From Octopus sinensis (lineage: Eukaryota): 64,000 nucleotides of DNA. The translations under genes and the position numbers were made by a program. This document shows positions 14,129 through 27,545 of the stretch, one piece after another (position 1 is the stretch's first letter; every line of letters begins with the position of its first letter). The notes under the pieces were generated by a model. It was given only the letters and a program-made list of their open reading frames with translations. It searched no databases and was not told where the DNA came from. Where the stretch lies: positions 85,808,001 to 85,872,000 of the forward strand of contig NC_043001.1 in NCBI RefSeq assembly GCF_006345805.1. The letters run 5' to 3'.

Positions 14129-14974
14129 AAAAATACTAATGAAACAATAGCGATTTGATTTTAGAGGCTTGTTTCGTTGTTATTGAGATAATTTAACGTT
14201 TGATTTATGAAGGAATTAATTTAATATGTGTAGTTTAATGTTCCTTCTAATCTCTTTCAACCCTTAATTCGGCTCTTTTAACGGGAATCACTCTAAAGAA
14301 ACGCTCCTTAATTTATCTAACCTATTAGTAGGTTCGATATAGAGACAGTAGTTGAGGTTTGCAGTGGTGCAGCAGAAAAAAGAACTTAGTAACGTAGAAT
14401 GATTGATTCATGGGGACGGTACAGATGATGGTTCCGGTGAGTAGCAAATTGATTCGGAGATAATGGTAGCGCTGGACTTCGGAACAATATGTCACATAAC
14501 GATAAACGTCGCCCATTTCAAGCCTAGCGAGGCTCATGGACCCGGGTTTCCGGTTTCTGTGGCGTATGTGTTCCCCACCAGCTGCAAGGGAAACAAAAAG
14601 TAAATTTACACACGAAACTCTTAACTGCACTTTCCATAATCATCTCTCTAACGCTATTGCTAAAGCTTATAAGTAAGCCAAGTCTGGTTGGCACAGTGTT
14701 ATTTATTTGATAGCCTAACAAATTATTAGCAGATTGAAAACAGACAATAGGAAAAACATGTAGCGCTACGTGAGTCATATATTATCATTAAACATCTTAA
14801 AGATCATTTTCCGACCAAATTTAAGATGCTGCTTAATATATTCTGAAGAAAGTGAGGCCGGCAGTATCATGCAAATATTTTAAATTGCATCATTTCGTCA
14901 CTTCTCTTTCTCGTTACGGAATAACAGCTCCTGCTGCTGTCAACTGACGCTTTTATAAAGATTCAAAGCAATTT

Positions 14975-15192
14975 TTTAAAGTGGAGCATGGAATAAGTGG
15001 AGCATGGAGCAAGTGGTGCAAGAACACACATGAAAACGAAAGGTGTCGCTGAGGAGGCCACAGATGTGTGACAAAAGATTTCCGGATAAGAGACATAAGC
15101 TGTAGTAATAAAATAAGAAGAGTAATAAACGAGTGAAAAAAATATAGAACGTGTCTATTTGGCAAAAAAAATTACTGTCCCGAAGTACAACA

Positions 15193-15195
<3 letters not shown>
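14975..15195 (+). mobile_element. Second copy of the Penelope-type pLTR repeat with a decayed hammerhead-like core
   Basis: Aligns with 36964-37190 and ends at a (TA)n tract. Confidence 0.6.
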
Positions 15196-15282
<87 letters not shown>

Positions 15283-16222
15283 CTACACACACACACAAAT
15301 AGATGGATAGATAGATAGATATACAGAGAGAGAGAGAGAAGGACAGTTATGTATGTATAATTCGTATCCTTACACATATTTTCAGTTATAAAACATGTTT
15401 CGTACTTGTAACTATTTTCATTGTTTGAAATTGCTTAGCCACATGAAAATGTATTATCACATGATAAAATACAGTGTTACTAATCATATACTAACCAGTG
15501 ACATACCATTTGGTATTCTAATATTCCAACATCTACGAAGCTAAACAACTTCGAAATAGATCCAAAAAGAAAGAAATTGACTTTGAAATGTCTGTTTTTC
15601 ATTCTCTGAGCTGGTAGGATCAGAAATGTTAGAGCCTTGAAGTAAAGTCTGCTGGTACGTCTTCCGTTACTTTACGCTCCCGATTTAAACACAGTTGCAG
15701 TCAACTTTGCCTCTCATCTCTCCAGGGTCGGGAAAATGAAGTACTCGAGTCAATGGTATCAAATTACCCCCCCCTCTCCTCGTAGTATAATTTCGGAAAA
15801 TCTAAGTCTAAATACTGATCGAAGTGCTGATATTTTGTGTTGCGTCATCCATTTCCTTCATGTTCAGATAGTTCGATTTACTAACTTTGAAATTCTTTTC
15901 TCGTCAGTTAGTGAAAAATTGTAGCTTATTTCGACAGGCTTCAGCGGTATTATGTTTCTGAATTAATGTTTTATTGTTTTGAAATAAGCAGCATACAGTA
16001 AGACTGACTGACTTACAACTGTTTCAAGCAACACATGAACTTCTTCATGAATCTCGACTGGCTATACAAGCCGTTCTTTCGGAAACGTTAGAACCGCCGC
16101 CACTACCACCACCACCTCAAGAAAAACAACAACAAAAGAAACAACCATCAGCACTTTCTCTACCATATTACTATCATGATATTTTTTCAATCTACTTTCG
16201 TCACAAAACTATATATTTATAC

Positions 16223-16259
<37 letters not shown>

Positions 16260-16349
16260 ATATATATATAAAGTTAATCCAAACATGAAAACACAAATAG
16301 AAAACACAAAAACGCGAGGACGTGGAACAAATATAGTAACGTATGAAGG

Positions 16350-16382
<33 letters not shown>

Positions 16383-16383
16383 C

Positions 16384-16415
<32 letters not shown>

Positions 16416-16548
16416 ATATACGTATGAATGTATATGTATGTATATATATATATAATATATATATAGTGTTTATTTGGCAAAGAAATGATCATTCAAAATA
16501 TAACAATATACATATATATATACATGTGTTGGTGCATGTGTATGCTTT

Positions 16549-16596
<48 letters not shown>

Positions 16597-16898
16597 TGTA
16601 CATGTGTATTATTTCAATGTATTCTATCTAATTTCCAGCTTTACTATGCCAAGGTAAGTGTTAACACCTACTATTGGTGTATGTCTGCGTAATCATAATA
16701 GATTGTTAATGATAGAATAGCATGCCTTATAGCAAAGTAAATATTAATAATTTACTCAACCAATATATTTTGCTTCGTTTAACATTAAACATATTGCCTA
16801 AACAAAAATAAGAAATTTGAATGAACAGGTAGTTGACTACTTTTAACTTTCGCTTGTTCAGCGTTTCGTTATTGCTCTGTCAATATTTAGTTGTTAGA

Positions 16899-17294
16899 AG
16901 GCGGCGAGCTGGCAGAATCGTTAGCACGCCGGGCGAAATGCGTAGCCGTATTTCGTCTGCCGCTACATTCTGAGTTCAAATTCCGCCGAGATCGACTTTG
17001 CCTTTCATCCTTTCGGGGTCGATTAAATAAATACCAGTTACGCACTGGGGTCGATACACTCGACTTAACTCGTTTGTCTGTCCTTGCTTGTCCCTTCTGT
17101 GTTGAACCCCTTGTGGGTAGTAAAGAAATAGGTATTTCGTCTGCCGCTACGTTCTGTGTTCAAATTCCGCCGAGGTCGACTCTGCCTTTCATCCTTTCGG
17201 AGTTGATAAATTAAGTATCAGTTGCGTACTGGGGTCGATCTAATCGACTGGCACTTCCCCCAAAATTTCGGGCCTTGTGCCTAGAGTAGAAAAG
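16899..17294 (+). mobile_element. Dimeric tRNA-derived SINE (GGCGGCGAGCTGGCAGAATCG head family) with a 17-bp TSD
   Basis: Head plus GAGTTCAAATTCC B-box-like motif; TSD aatatttagttg(t/c)taga at 16882-16898 and 17295-17311. Confidence 0.9.
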
Positions 17295-18341
17295 AATATT
17301 TAGTTGCTAGATAACAGGCTGTTCTCAGAGCTTGCAGGTGTATAACAGCTTTCTTATAAACCTCGCAGTGAAATATAAGCAAGATCCAGAAAAATTCATT
17401 TTGATAATCAACACCTCCAACCAAACCATTCACTCTGTTTACAACTGTTCTTAAGATCCCTATAACATGAGACAAATATAGATTCCAGATTTTCTAAAGT
17501 CCCTATTTTAGTTCCTGATGTTCTTTTTATATTTCATTATGTTCTCTTTTCTACTATTATTGTATGAGGAAAGCAACATCGGTTATGCAATTTTCACTTT
17601 CTAGTTTATGGAGTATAACATCTGTGAGTGAATGTTCTATTAACCAAGCTTTTTGAATGTTCATAACCCATAGTTCTTTTGTATCCTCATTTTCAAAGAT
17701 GCACTGACGACTCTGAAGATCCTCAACCACTCTAAAAACAGTTCAACTAAATGAGACCAGTTATCAATTTCTGGAGTAATGGTAAGCATGCAATAGGCCT
17801 ATAAATACTATCTATCTATCTATTTAACTAACTACCTGCCTGCCCACCTACGTACGTGCGTACGTACCTACCTATGTACCTACCAATACACCTACCTAAA
17901 TATATATATATATATTCTTTTATTTTTTTTATTCTTTTTCGTGTTTCAGTCATTAAACTGCTGCCATGCTGGAGCACGGCCTTAGATGGTTTTAATCGGA
18001 GAAAATGGACCCCAGCACTTATTATTTGTAAGCCTAGTACTTATTCTATCGGTTTCTTTTGCCGAACCACTAGATAATGGAGACACAAAAACACCATTAT
18101 TGGTTGTCAAGGGATAATGGAGGGGGGACAAACACTGACACAAAGACGCACACACATAAATATATATGCGATGGGCTTATTTCAGTATTCGCCTACCAAA
18201 TCCACTCACGAGACTATAGTAGATGACAGTTACTCCTGGTGTCACGCAGTTGGACTGAACCCTAAACAACGTCGTTGGCAAGCAAGCTTCTTCGCACACA
18301 GCTACACAGCCAAACACACACACACACACACACACATACAA

Positions 18342-18379
<38 letters not shown>

Positions 18380-20802
18380 TTAACAACAATTGAGGAACGG
18401 CTTCGATAGGCCATTCAACGCACTAGAAAGAGCAACCAGGACTCAAACTGCCAAGTAGTAGTAATTCAGAAATTAAAGGAAAATTTAAAAACATTTACCC
18501 TATTCATCTTTAGACAATGCATTGTTTCGACGTTTTTAATGGCAAACCAGCTTATGTTCAACCAGTTCATATATCCAGAAAGAAGCATACACTAAAGCAT
18601 TAGGGTGGTAAAATTTAGAAGGTTGTTTGTTATGGCCGATCAGAGAATGATCATTTGCCTCGTACCTATAAAGCGCTTAGTTCTATAAGCGACTCATCAG
18701 ACACAATTCACCTGAGGCACATAGCACTTTACAACTGGAAGGAGGAATACGGTATCGTCAATTAATTTTATTACAAAAACAAAAAGAAGAAGAATGCCGG
18801 AATAAAATACTACTGGCATTTGGAGCAACGACTTGAAATAACTATACAACAAGCCAGCGACGAATGCAAAAACTTAATAAACAAGAAGTACTATACCAAA
18901 ATGATCAGAACGATTGAAAAATTGAAAATTTTAGGGTCAGTAAATCAAGTAAAATCAACAACCTAAGCCATTATCGACTTCTACTGGCAGAAATAAACTT
19001 CCGGTCTTTGTCTGCCATGCTGGCTTTGCGGTACAAAACGTTAAATTTTGACCCCACTAACAACACAATTAGCATCAATATCACAAGTTTGGTCATGAGA
19101 AAGAATGATTTTGTTTGCGTAATCATTCAAGTAAGCAAAATGTTCCATTACACGTTTTCGGCTCGATACAAAGAAATCAGTTTAGTACTATTTATGATAG
19201 TTTTCCAAGTTGCTTTCAAGAAAATCGTAAGTTATTAATAGTATCAATAAATGATACAGTCAGTTAAACTACAGTTAGAGACAGTTATCTGAGGACTTAT
19301 TAAAGTGAACGTATAAAATGAACTTTTGTCTTTTCCCATGGGAATATCTGACACTTACCTGGCCCCATCTTTGTGCTAATATTTACAAATATATATATTT
19401 TTTTGCGAATAACCTAGTCTTGTTATCACTACTATTTAGTAGAATTATTCCCTTAGCACAATCTACAGCCAAGATATCGAACGGAATTATTTGTTTCTCT
19501 GTATACTTATTCGATTCTATCTTTTTAGTTTCTGCAAGGTTCCAAACTAATGCTTTTCATTTACTTTGTGCCTCTTCTGAGAATACTCAAAACATCTTCA
19601 TTATATTTTATTCGACTTTTAAACTACATATAAGTGAAATTGCATTGTTGTTCAAACAACATTTAAGAAACAATTATTTCGGAAACAACGACACCAGCGT
19701 GCTTTCTCCTCTAACCAGGCTGAACGTAAAAGAGAATGCTACTGGTGCTTAACTCTACGCATACAAGATGATGACACTTCAGAACTTCTCTTCAAACTTT
19801 TACTTTCATTAAACACAAAACATTTCGCTCAACCAAAGCTAACACCGCATATTGGGTACTATGCTGCCATCTCTGTATGGTTATACCTTATCTACAATTA
19901 ACCAAATATTTTTGAATTCTTCGTGAATTTCCTCATTCAAGTAAAATACAATTTCGACAAAGCTGAACCGCATAATTTATTCAGGCTGAAAATTGTAAGT
20001 ACCTAAAAATTGTTTTTGAATGTGATGTCAAGTGACGCAATGGATATTTTAAGCTCATTTCAATTGTTTGATTTAAATTTCGCTCTTTATACTATCGTCA
20101 TTGCCAAATAATTATCATGTAGTAATCAACTATCGCGAAATTTATGTTTGCATGGTTTTCCTTCAATTTTTTGTTATCTACAGACATGCACTTCTGTTTG
20201 TGTTACTTACGTTGCAAGAAATTAGAAAAATCGAGAGAACGTGAAATATTTTATGAAAACCACTGGACTCGAAGTACATAGAACCATAAGTAATACCGTG
20301 TAAATATATTATTTGTATACACAAATATGTACACTTACTTGCACACACAGACACACGTATACTTATGAACACACATATATGTATGTGTGTGTGTACGAGA
20401 GGGAAAGAAAGACAGAGAGAAAAAAAGAGAGAGATCGACAACTACTATTCATAGGGATTAGGAGTATGAGTGAGTTGATATACACTACTGAGAAAGTTAA
20501 TTATATCAACAATCATACAAAATGATGAAATTTTAAGCTAGAAATCGTAAATAATATCTTGAAAGACATTGTTAAGCAGCATTGTATATTTTCAATGTTT
20601 TCGATAATTGGAATTTGTATTTCAATGTTGTCCGAGAGAAAGAAGAATAGCCTATTAAATTACTTAATAGATCTCATTTTAAAGTTGTTCGTAGATATAA
20701 ACTAAAATTATCGAAAACTCTGAAAATGAACAATCTCTTTAAGCAAAGCATTACATTAAACCAGACTTTTACCAATGCATTATATTAGATTACTTAACAG
20801 TT

Positions 20803-21200
20803 TGCGCTTTCAAGTGTGGTAAGTAGCTTGCTTACCAACCACATGGTTCCGGGTTCAGTCCCACTGCAACGCAACTTGGGCAAGTGTCTTCTACTATAGC
20901 CTCGGGCCAACCAAAGATGTGTGAGTGGATTTGGTAGACGGAAACTGAAAGAAGCCCGTCGTATATATGTACATATATATGTGTGTGTGTATTTGTGTGT
21001 CTGTGTGTCTGTGTTTGTCCCCCCAACATCACTTGACAACAGATGCTGGTGTGTTTACGTCCCCGTAATTTAGCGGTTCGGAAAAAGACACCCATAGAAT
21101 AAGTATTAGGCTTACAAAGAATGAGTCCTGGGGTCGATTTGCTCGACTAAAGGCGGTGCTCCAGCATGGCCGCAGTCAAATGATTGAAACAAGTAAGAGT
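20803..21200 (+). mobile_element. SINE with tRNA-like head, internal (TA)n(TG)n microsatellite and conserved tail
   Basis: gtgtggtaagtagcttgc..ggttcagtcccactg head, microsatellite, then ..gtgctccagcatggccgcagtcaaatga.. tail. Relatives at 1-138, 6030-6350, 17930-18310(-), 27925-28285(-), 38570-38850, 39920-40110. Confidence 0.88.
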
Positions 21201-21206
21201 AATGAG

Positions 21207-21275
<69 letters not shown>

Positions 21276-22694
21276 AAGTCTATCTAGTATATTGATTTCA
21301 AATTTTGGCACCAGGCCTGCAGTCTGGAGGAAGGAATAAGTTGATTACATCGACCCCAGTATTCAACTGATTCTGAAAAGATGAGAAGCAACATTTGACC
21401 TGAGAAGGTAAAGGCAGAAGACATGCCGCAAAGTATTTTGCCCGGCGCGCTAACACCTCTACCAACTCGCCACCTTGTAGTATATCTAGTGTATTAATAC
21501 ACGTTATATTTAGCATATTCGGTTTGATTATAATAATCATAAAAACTTGTATACTGTACATCTAGTATAAAATAGAAAGTTTACAGAGTATATATTTATG
21601 TATATTACCTATATCATTAGATGTTCAAATAAGGGCAGCTATATCAAAATAATTGTTGGGTTTTAGTAAGTTCACAGTACTTGTGTTGGAACTCTTAAAG
21701 GAAATACCTAGTTAGTTTTGTTTAGCTTTAGGGTATATATTCTTCATATAACTAACATGTGTTTATTTCTTCGATTGTAGTATACCATGAGACCTTTTTT
21801 AATGACAGAAAATTCGAGAGGGAATCAGGAGCTATTTCTAACTCATTGTGCGACCATATAAAGAATTCCTTTGGTAGTCCGTTATATTCACAGGCATCGA
21901 AAATAAAGGCTGTATTAAGATTTGAACTATTGCCCCCTTATGTTCATTATTCCAGTACATTGACCTTACAGTCATTGTGTACCTTTCCGTGTAGCTCTAT
22001 TAGCAATTTCAGTTAGTAAGACTGGCTCGATCATGTATATTTCATTTACTGAGTCAGAATTTTGGTGGAGTACAGTCGAGTGTCTTTTGTTCACTTTGAG
22101 ACATTGAAGAATTTATCAAACAAAATAAGCTGAGAATTAATTAGTCAACACTATTATTATTCAGTTGTTCTTTGTTGCTTAGATGAGAATCATATTACTC
22201 ACTAAATAGTAATTTTAACACCTACTCTTTCTTTTTTCTATTTAGCCTGCTATTAAACTAAATAAGCATTGTTAAGTTAATGAAAGAATGGAAATTAGAA
22301 ACAGAACATTGGACTAAGTGCCCTGCAATGCTTATAGCTTCTAAGTTCAAGTCCGATGAAGTGAAACAACTCTGAACTTTGTTTTCTCAGGTGAGATGAA
22401 ATAAGTACCAGTAATATTCCGTTATTTAAAAGACTATCAACTTGGCAAGCTGTCAGATTTACTAGTACACTAGGCAAAATTCGTGGCGGCATCTTGTGCA
22501 TATTTATATTCCAAGTTCAAATTCTGCCGAGGTCGACTTTACTTTTCATACTTTCGGAATCGATATAATTAGTATCAGTTGAGCAATGGGATCGAGGTAA
22601 TCAACTTGCCCGCTCCCCGAAAATTGCTTACCTTGTGCCAAAATTTATACTATTGTTTTTAACTTCAGATTTACTTATAGTACTGCAATCAAAA

Positions 22695-23077
22695 TTGGAG
22701 GCGCAATGGCCCAGTGGTTAGGGCAGCGGACTCGCGGTCGTAGGATCGCGGTTTCGATTCCCAGACCGGGCGTTGTGAGTGTTTATTGAGCGAAAACACC
22801 TAAAGTTCCACGAGGCTCCGGCAGGGGATGGTGATGATCCCTGCTGTACTCTTTCACCACAACTTTCTCTCACTCTTACTTCCTGTTTCTGTTGTACCTA
22901 TATTTCAAAGGGCCGGCCTTGTCATTCTCTTGTGTCACGCTGAATATCCCAGAGAACTACGTTAAGGGTACACGTGTCTGTGGAGTGCTCAGCCACTTAC
23001 ACGTTAATTTCACGAGCAGGTGTTCCGTTGATCGGATCAACCGGAACCCTCGTCGTCGTAACCGACGGATTGCTTCC
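22695..23077 (+). mobile_element. Full-length tRNA-derived SINE (GGCGCAATGGCCCAGTGG head family) with a 13-bp TSD
   Basis: A-box/B-box-like head GGCCCAGTGGTTAGG...GGTTTCGATTCCC; TSD actgcaatcaaaa at 22682-22694 and 23078-23090. Relatives at ~6480-6775(+), 56300-56580(-), 28330-28605(-), 40625-40875(+), 26500-26700(-), 5800-6015(-). Confidence 0.9.
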
Positions 23078-23699
23078 ACTGCAATCAAAAGCATTCTTGT
23101 CGTGGCTATTATATATTTTTTAATGATATTTAGTACTACCGGAGTTCATGTATTCTTTAGACTTCAAGGTAATGAGCGCGATTTTAGCAATATTTGGCTG
23201 CTATTTTTACCAGGGCAAACAACCATGTACATGCTTCTTTTTGTTGACCTTATTAACGGATAGCAAAATGGCAGAACCATGAGAGTGTCGCGCATCATTT
23301 GGTTACATCTCTTTACATACGCAGTTCAAATCGCACCAAAGTCAATTTCAACCATCCGTCATTGTGGGATAGTAAGATAAATTCCAAATTGTGGTCTTTA
23401 TATCAGTCTCTGTTCTTAGAAGTCAATGTTAAATTCTTTTTCTTTCTTTTTTCTAGTCTCTGCCCTTTCTTTCCCCGCTACTCCCCTGTTTTCTTATTCC
23501 CAAATTATACTGAATATGACATGATTCAGTGAGCCCATTCGAGTGGGATAGCTTTTGTTGGATATCCTACGTATAAAAACTTAGTCTTTGTGTCTAGTTG
23601 ATGCACTACACCTTTTTAGTGATGGATACCCCACCACTTTTTGCCCTTGCATTTACAATATGCTCTCAGAATAAACGTCTGTTTTCTAATGACTCTATT

Positions 23700-24110
23700 C
23701 TATTGGGCACTAACTGAGTTCCCCTTTTGCATGCATGACTATCATATCTCATGCTGGGATACCCTATTACATGCAATCCACACATAAGCAAGTCAAGCAA
23801 TAAGTTTTTCAGAAATCGACTTCAATCCACGCAGCGCATACTGCTACATCATCTCATTCTACCTGAAAACCCTGAGTATGGTTTTACATCCTGTTCTTCC
23901 AAGAACCTAAGAGTTGGTGACATTTTCTTCCACTGAGAGACCCATGATTTTGCGAAGGCATCTCATATGAGACCTAAACTTTCCCACTTGATCATCATGT
24001 ACCACTGAAGCTTTTTTACCATATACAAGCGTGTTGACTACGGATGCTTTATAGAAGTTCACTAGTTTCATACTCAGGTTAATACAGTCAACCGTAACCT
24101 CTTCAAATAT
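23700..24110 (-). mobile_element. Degenerate RTE LINE C-terminal fragment
   Basis: LSMKLVNFYKASVVNTLVYG..HMRCLRKIMGLS.EENVTNS.VLGRTG resembles RTE KVYKAVVLxTLLYG..HMRCLRKIMGI..DRVTNxEVLxRAG. Confidence 0.75.
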
Positions 24111-25220
24111 TTATCCATATCATAGTGATAATTGTTAGAAATAGACCACTGAACTAAATTGCTATAGTTTAGTCTACTTACTTAAACCGTTCACGTTCTA
24201 TGACGGGAGCAACGAAAACTTTTGTCCACTGTCCTTGACTCGCTTGTACTTCAGTCCTGAGAGGAGACCTTTCTCTAAGAGATTTGTTGATTAGAAATTG
24301 TCTTTGATATATTTGTGATTGCCTTTTTCCGTAACTTTTCACCTCTGGAAATAAATGACCTACATCGGTTTGTCCTCTATCTTTTGACCTGTCCAGCATG
24401 GGTGGACGTACTCAAACTTGTGCTTTACTGCCATTACTCTTGGAGTCATTAAGGTGTACAGCCAACAATTGGACCTTGTGGCGCATAATTTAGTTTAAGT
24501 TCTGTAAATTCCAGGTGCAATCCCTACCAGACTCATTTTCCTTTTCCCACCTCTGCGGAGATTCATCGGGTGGTAAAACAAATACGAGTTAACTTTTGGA
24601 ATAGATTTAATTGACTAAACCCTCCTACCGATTTCCAGATTTCTGATCTTGAGCTAGTATTATGGTTTGAGCTGAGATAATCTGTATGTAATCATTGTTG
24701 CTTTTTAGCATGAGATCAACCTTAACTAAATATATCAAAATGAAAGGTGTTCTAGCTATGACCCCTTGTTTTTTCCATTGTATCTCAAGGTGAACAGTGC
24801 ATACTATATATACTATATTAATCCATGAACTCTTCTTTTTTTATTATATTAAGGTTTGAATGAGATTAGGTTGTTATTTGTAAATAACCAAACATTCACA
24901 TTGAGGTTTAGATATTGGCTTGATGGCAGTCACTTGACGTATTCGACCTGTTAGTGATAACTGCTAAATCTCCAAATCACATTTGTTTTTCTATCTCAAA
25001 AAACGAAGTATAATTTATGTAATGTTGTTTTATACACTTCTTTGGAATAACATGCGATAGTTGCGTACAGAAAGTATTTAAATATAGGAGTACAATGATC
25101 AAGGATAGTCTTTTCTAAATAAATCCATTACAAAAATTAACAAGAAAAGACTGGGGAAAATGTTAGGTTACACTCACACACACACAAAATTTAAACATCT
25201 TAAATCAACATCGTTTTATC

Positions 25221-25521
25221 GTATTTGCAAAGGGAGGTCATCCCTCCCTCGTCAACCTAAGTGATATGCACTGACTGCAGTTTCTAGGTATTGACCTGTC
25301 GTCGGCGTACGACAATCAGCGGTTTTCGATGAAGGGAGTCCCAATGCAAATCCTTATATCGTTTTTCCAGTAACTTTTCGTCACTGATCTCGAAAAACTG
25401 TATGCAAGCAATAATAAATCTCTGAACTAGATGTAAATAACGACAGGTCAATACCTAGAAACTGCAGTCCGTGCGTGTCACTTAGGTTGACGAGGGAGGG
25501 ATGACCTCCCTTTGCCAATAC
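25221..25521. mobile_element. MITE with 82-bp TIRs (25221-25302 / 25440-25521)
   Basis: The two arms differ at 4 of 82 positions; non-coding 137-bp core. Confidence 0.9.
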
Positions 25522-27139
25522 TATAATGGCACAGAAAGTGTACCTAAAGCCAGCTGGAGACGATGTTCTCCTGGGGCTACAAGCTACAGTAACACCCACC
25601 CTTAGTGGTTAGCCATATTGAGATGGCTAGTATACCTCACATTGTCGTGCAGTTACTGTTTATACCTCGTTCAGAGATTTATTATTGCTTAAATAAAACA
25701 TTGATTTTCACATACTTATAGTGCAAGTCATTACAGAAATTGTGTTGTCAATGTGTATAATGAATTGTCGGGTAATAAGCTACTTAAAATAATACTTATT
25801 TAATGTTGTTTGCTATTACGTATTCTATGTAAATGAAATGACAGTTTTCCAGTTTTATTTTGTTTTGCTTTTGTGACTATTTCTTAGCCAAAATTTTGTT
25901 TGTATTTCCGAGATAACATTTCCTGCAACTGCAATTACCTGAGCTAAACCAGGTGGTAAATTGGTATAATATCACATCTTGTAGGAAAGATGAGTTTCTA
26001 ACATTTCAGAAAAGACTCTTTACTGAATTTAAATAAAATACAAGAAAAAATATTTTATGATTATTTTTTATCCTCTGAAAGAAAAAGAACAGAGTAGGGA
26101 GTCGGTACCATACCGAATGATATTCAGATATGAATGGCAACACCCCTGTATGGTATCACAGATACTTTGTGAAAGAGAGAGAGCCTGGCTTTGTGCAAGG
26201 AGTTGGATGAGATCTAAGCCAAGTCTCTAAATACCTATTGTATCTCTCAATTAGGAAAAGAAATAGTAATGGCTGTGAATTCTTGAAACAGCTTGCTTCT
26301 GGTTAGAATGGCACGTCGTGGCTTGGATTCCGGCAGGATCGTCGAGTTGTCGGACGACGAAGGAGGAGGAGAGGATGCAAAAAGCGTTCGATCACTATGG
26401 AGATCACAGAAAGAGCGACGTCCACTCAGGTGGATGGTGGGTGTTGACATGGAATCGAGTAAAAAATATGACCTTTTCATGTCATGCCGTTTCATAAGGG
26501 CGGGCTTCTCGGTTTCATGGAACATAGATTCGCCGCCTGGACAGGACGCCGACCGTCGCAGGATTTCTCATTTTTGCCAGCTGAGTCAACTGGAGCAATG
26601 TGAAATGAGGTGTTTCGCACAAAAACACCTGTTGCCTGTCCAGGAATCGAAACCACAATCTTACGATCATGAGTCCAACAACCTAACCACGGAGGAACGG
26701 AGGCAAAATAGTTCACGCTAGTTGAAGCATGGGCATCTTTTGCTTTGAGGCTGTCGGTCGGGACTGAAATGGTGGCCGCTTCAGTTCAAAGAATTTGCCG
26801 TTAGGTTCTATTCAGACGTTAGGCGGGTCTCACACTCACAGATATATCCCGCCTGGAAAAGATTGATACTACAAGAGAAAGTAGGTGGGATACGTTTTGT
26901 TTTCCCATACCACAGTAAGGTCAAGCAAGAGCCGTCACAGTTACGGATGTCAAAATGATGAAGTGTAAAAATAAGTCCCTACACTAGCTCTCTCATCATT
27001 TTCACTGAAATGCTATTTCTTCTTCGTGAAAACATTACTACAACTAAACAGAACTTTTTGACACATCCCCGTTGTCTTCCGTTGGACCATCGCATCCAGC
27101 ACAAGCGTTTAACAATATACGTGTGTGTGTGTGTGTTTG

Positions 27140-27545
27140 TGAGGAATTGACAAGAAATGGCTGCATTTCTCATTCATCCAATTTCCATTCATCTTGTTAA
27201 ATAATATTTTACCAGTATTGCTTACACTTCATAGCAACTAAGATTAATTCCATTGACACTATTTTGTGTTGTTTTTAGTATATTATATAAACATAGCGTA
27301 TCATACTCTCTTACTCTCGTAAATATTCAGGAATTCAGTTCATAAATCCAAACTTTTTCATGGTCTCATATCATTGGTTATGTCCGCTGGAAAGTATTAT
27401 TGTCGAAAACATATGATTATGTATAAAAGGAATAGTTTTCAAAACCTTTCAAACTTTCAGATATGTTCAGTAATGGAGCAAAATAATGAGAAAGCATCGA
27501 CACGAGCCGAAAGATTTTTGTTTCTTTTCTAAATCATTGAAAGAA
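27140..27545 (+). repeat. Diverged ~400-bp direct duplication, paired with 30630-31010
   Basis: aattgacaa..atggct.catttctc.ttcatccaa..tccatt...gagaaagca.cgacacgagc.gaa.gatttttgtttcttttctaaatcattgaaa is shared by both. Confidence 0.75.

Noticed and set aside
19318-19752. 144-aa plus-strand ORF in unique sequence
   Set aside because: Composition is F/I/L-rich as expected from AT-rich non-coding DNA, with no motif or splice context.
22697-22770. tRNA-like sequences (also at 6480, 16899, 29990, 40625)
   Set aside because: These are SINE heads: no proper acceptor stem, and they continue into repeat bodies with TSDs.
26293-26721. 142-aa plus-strand ORF with a GC-rich start
   Set aside because: The 3' half is a reverse SINE, no protein family is recognised, and splice support is weak.
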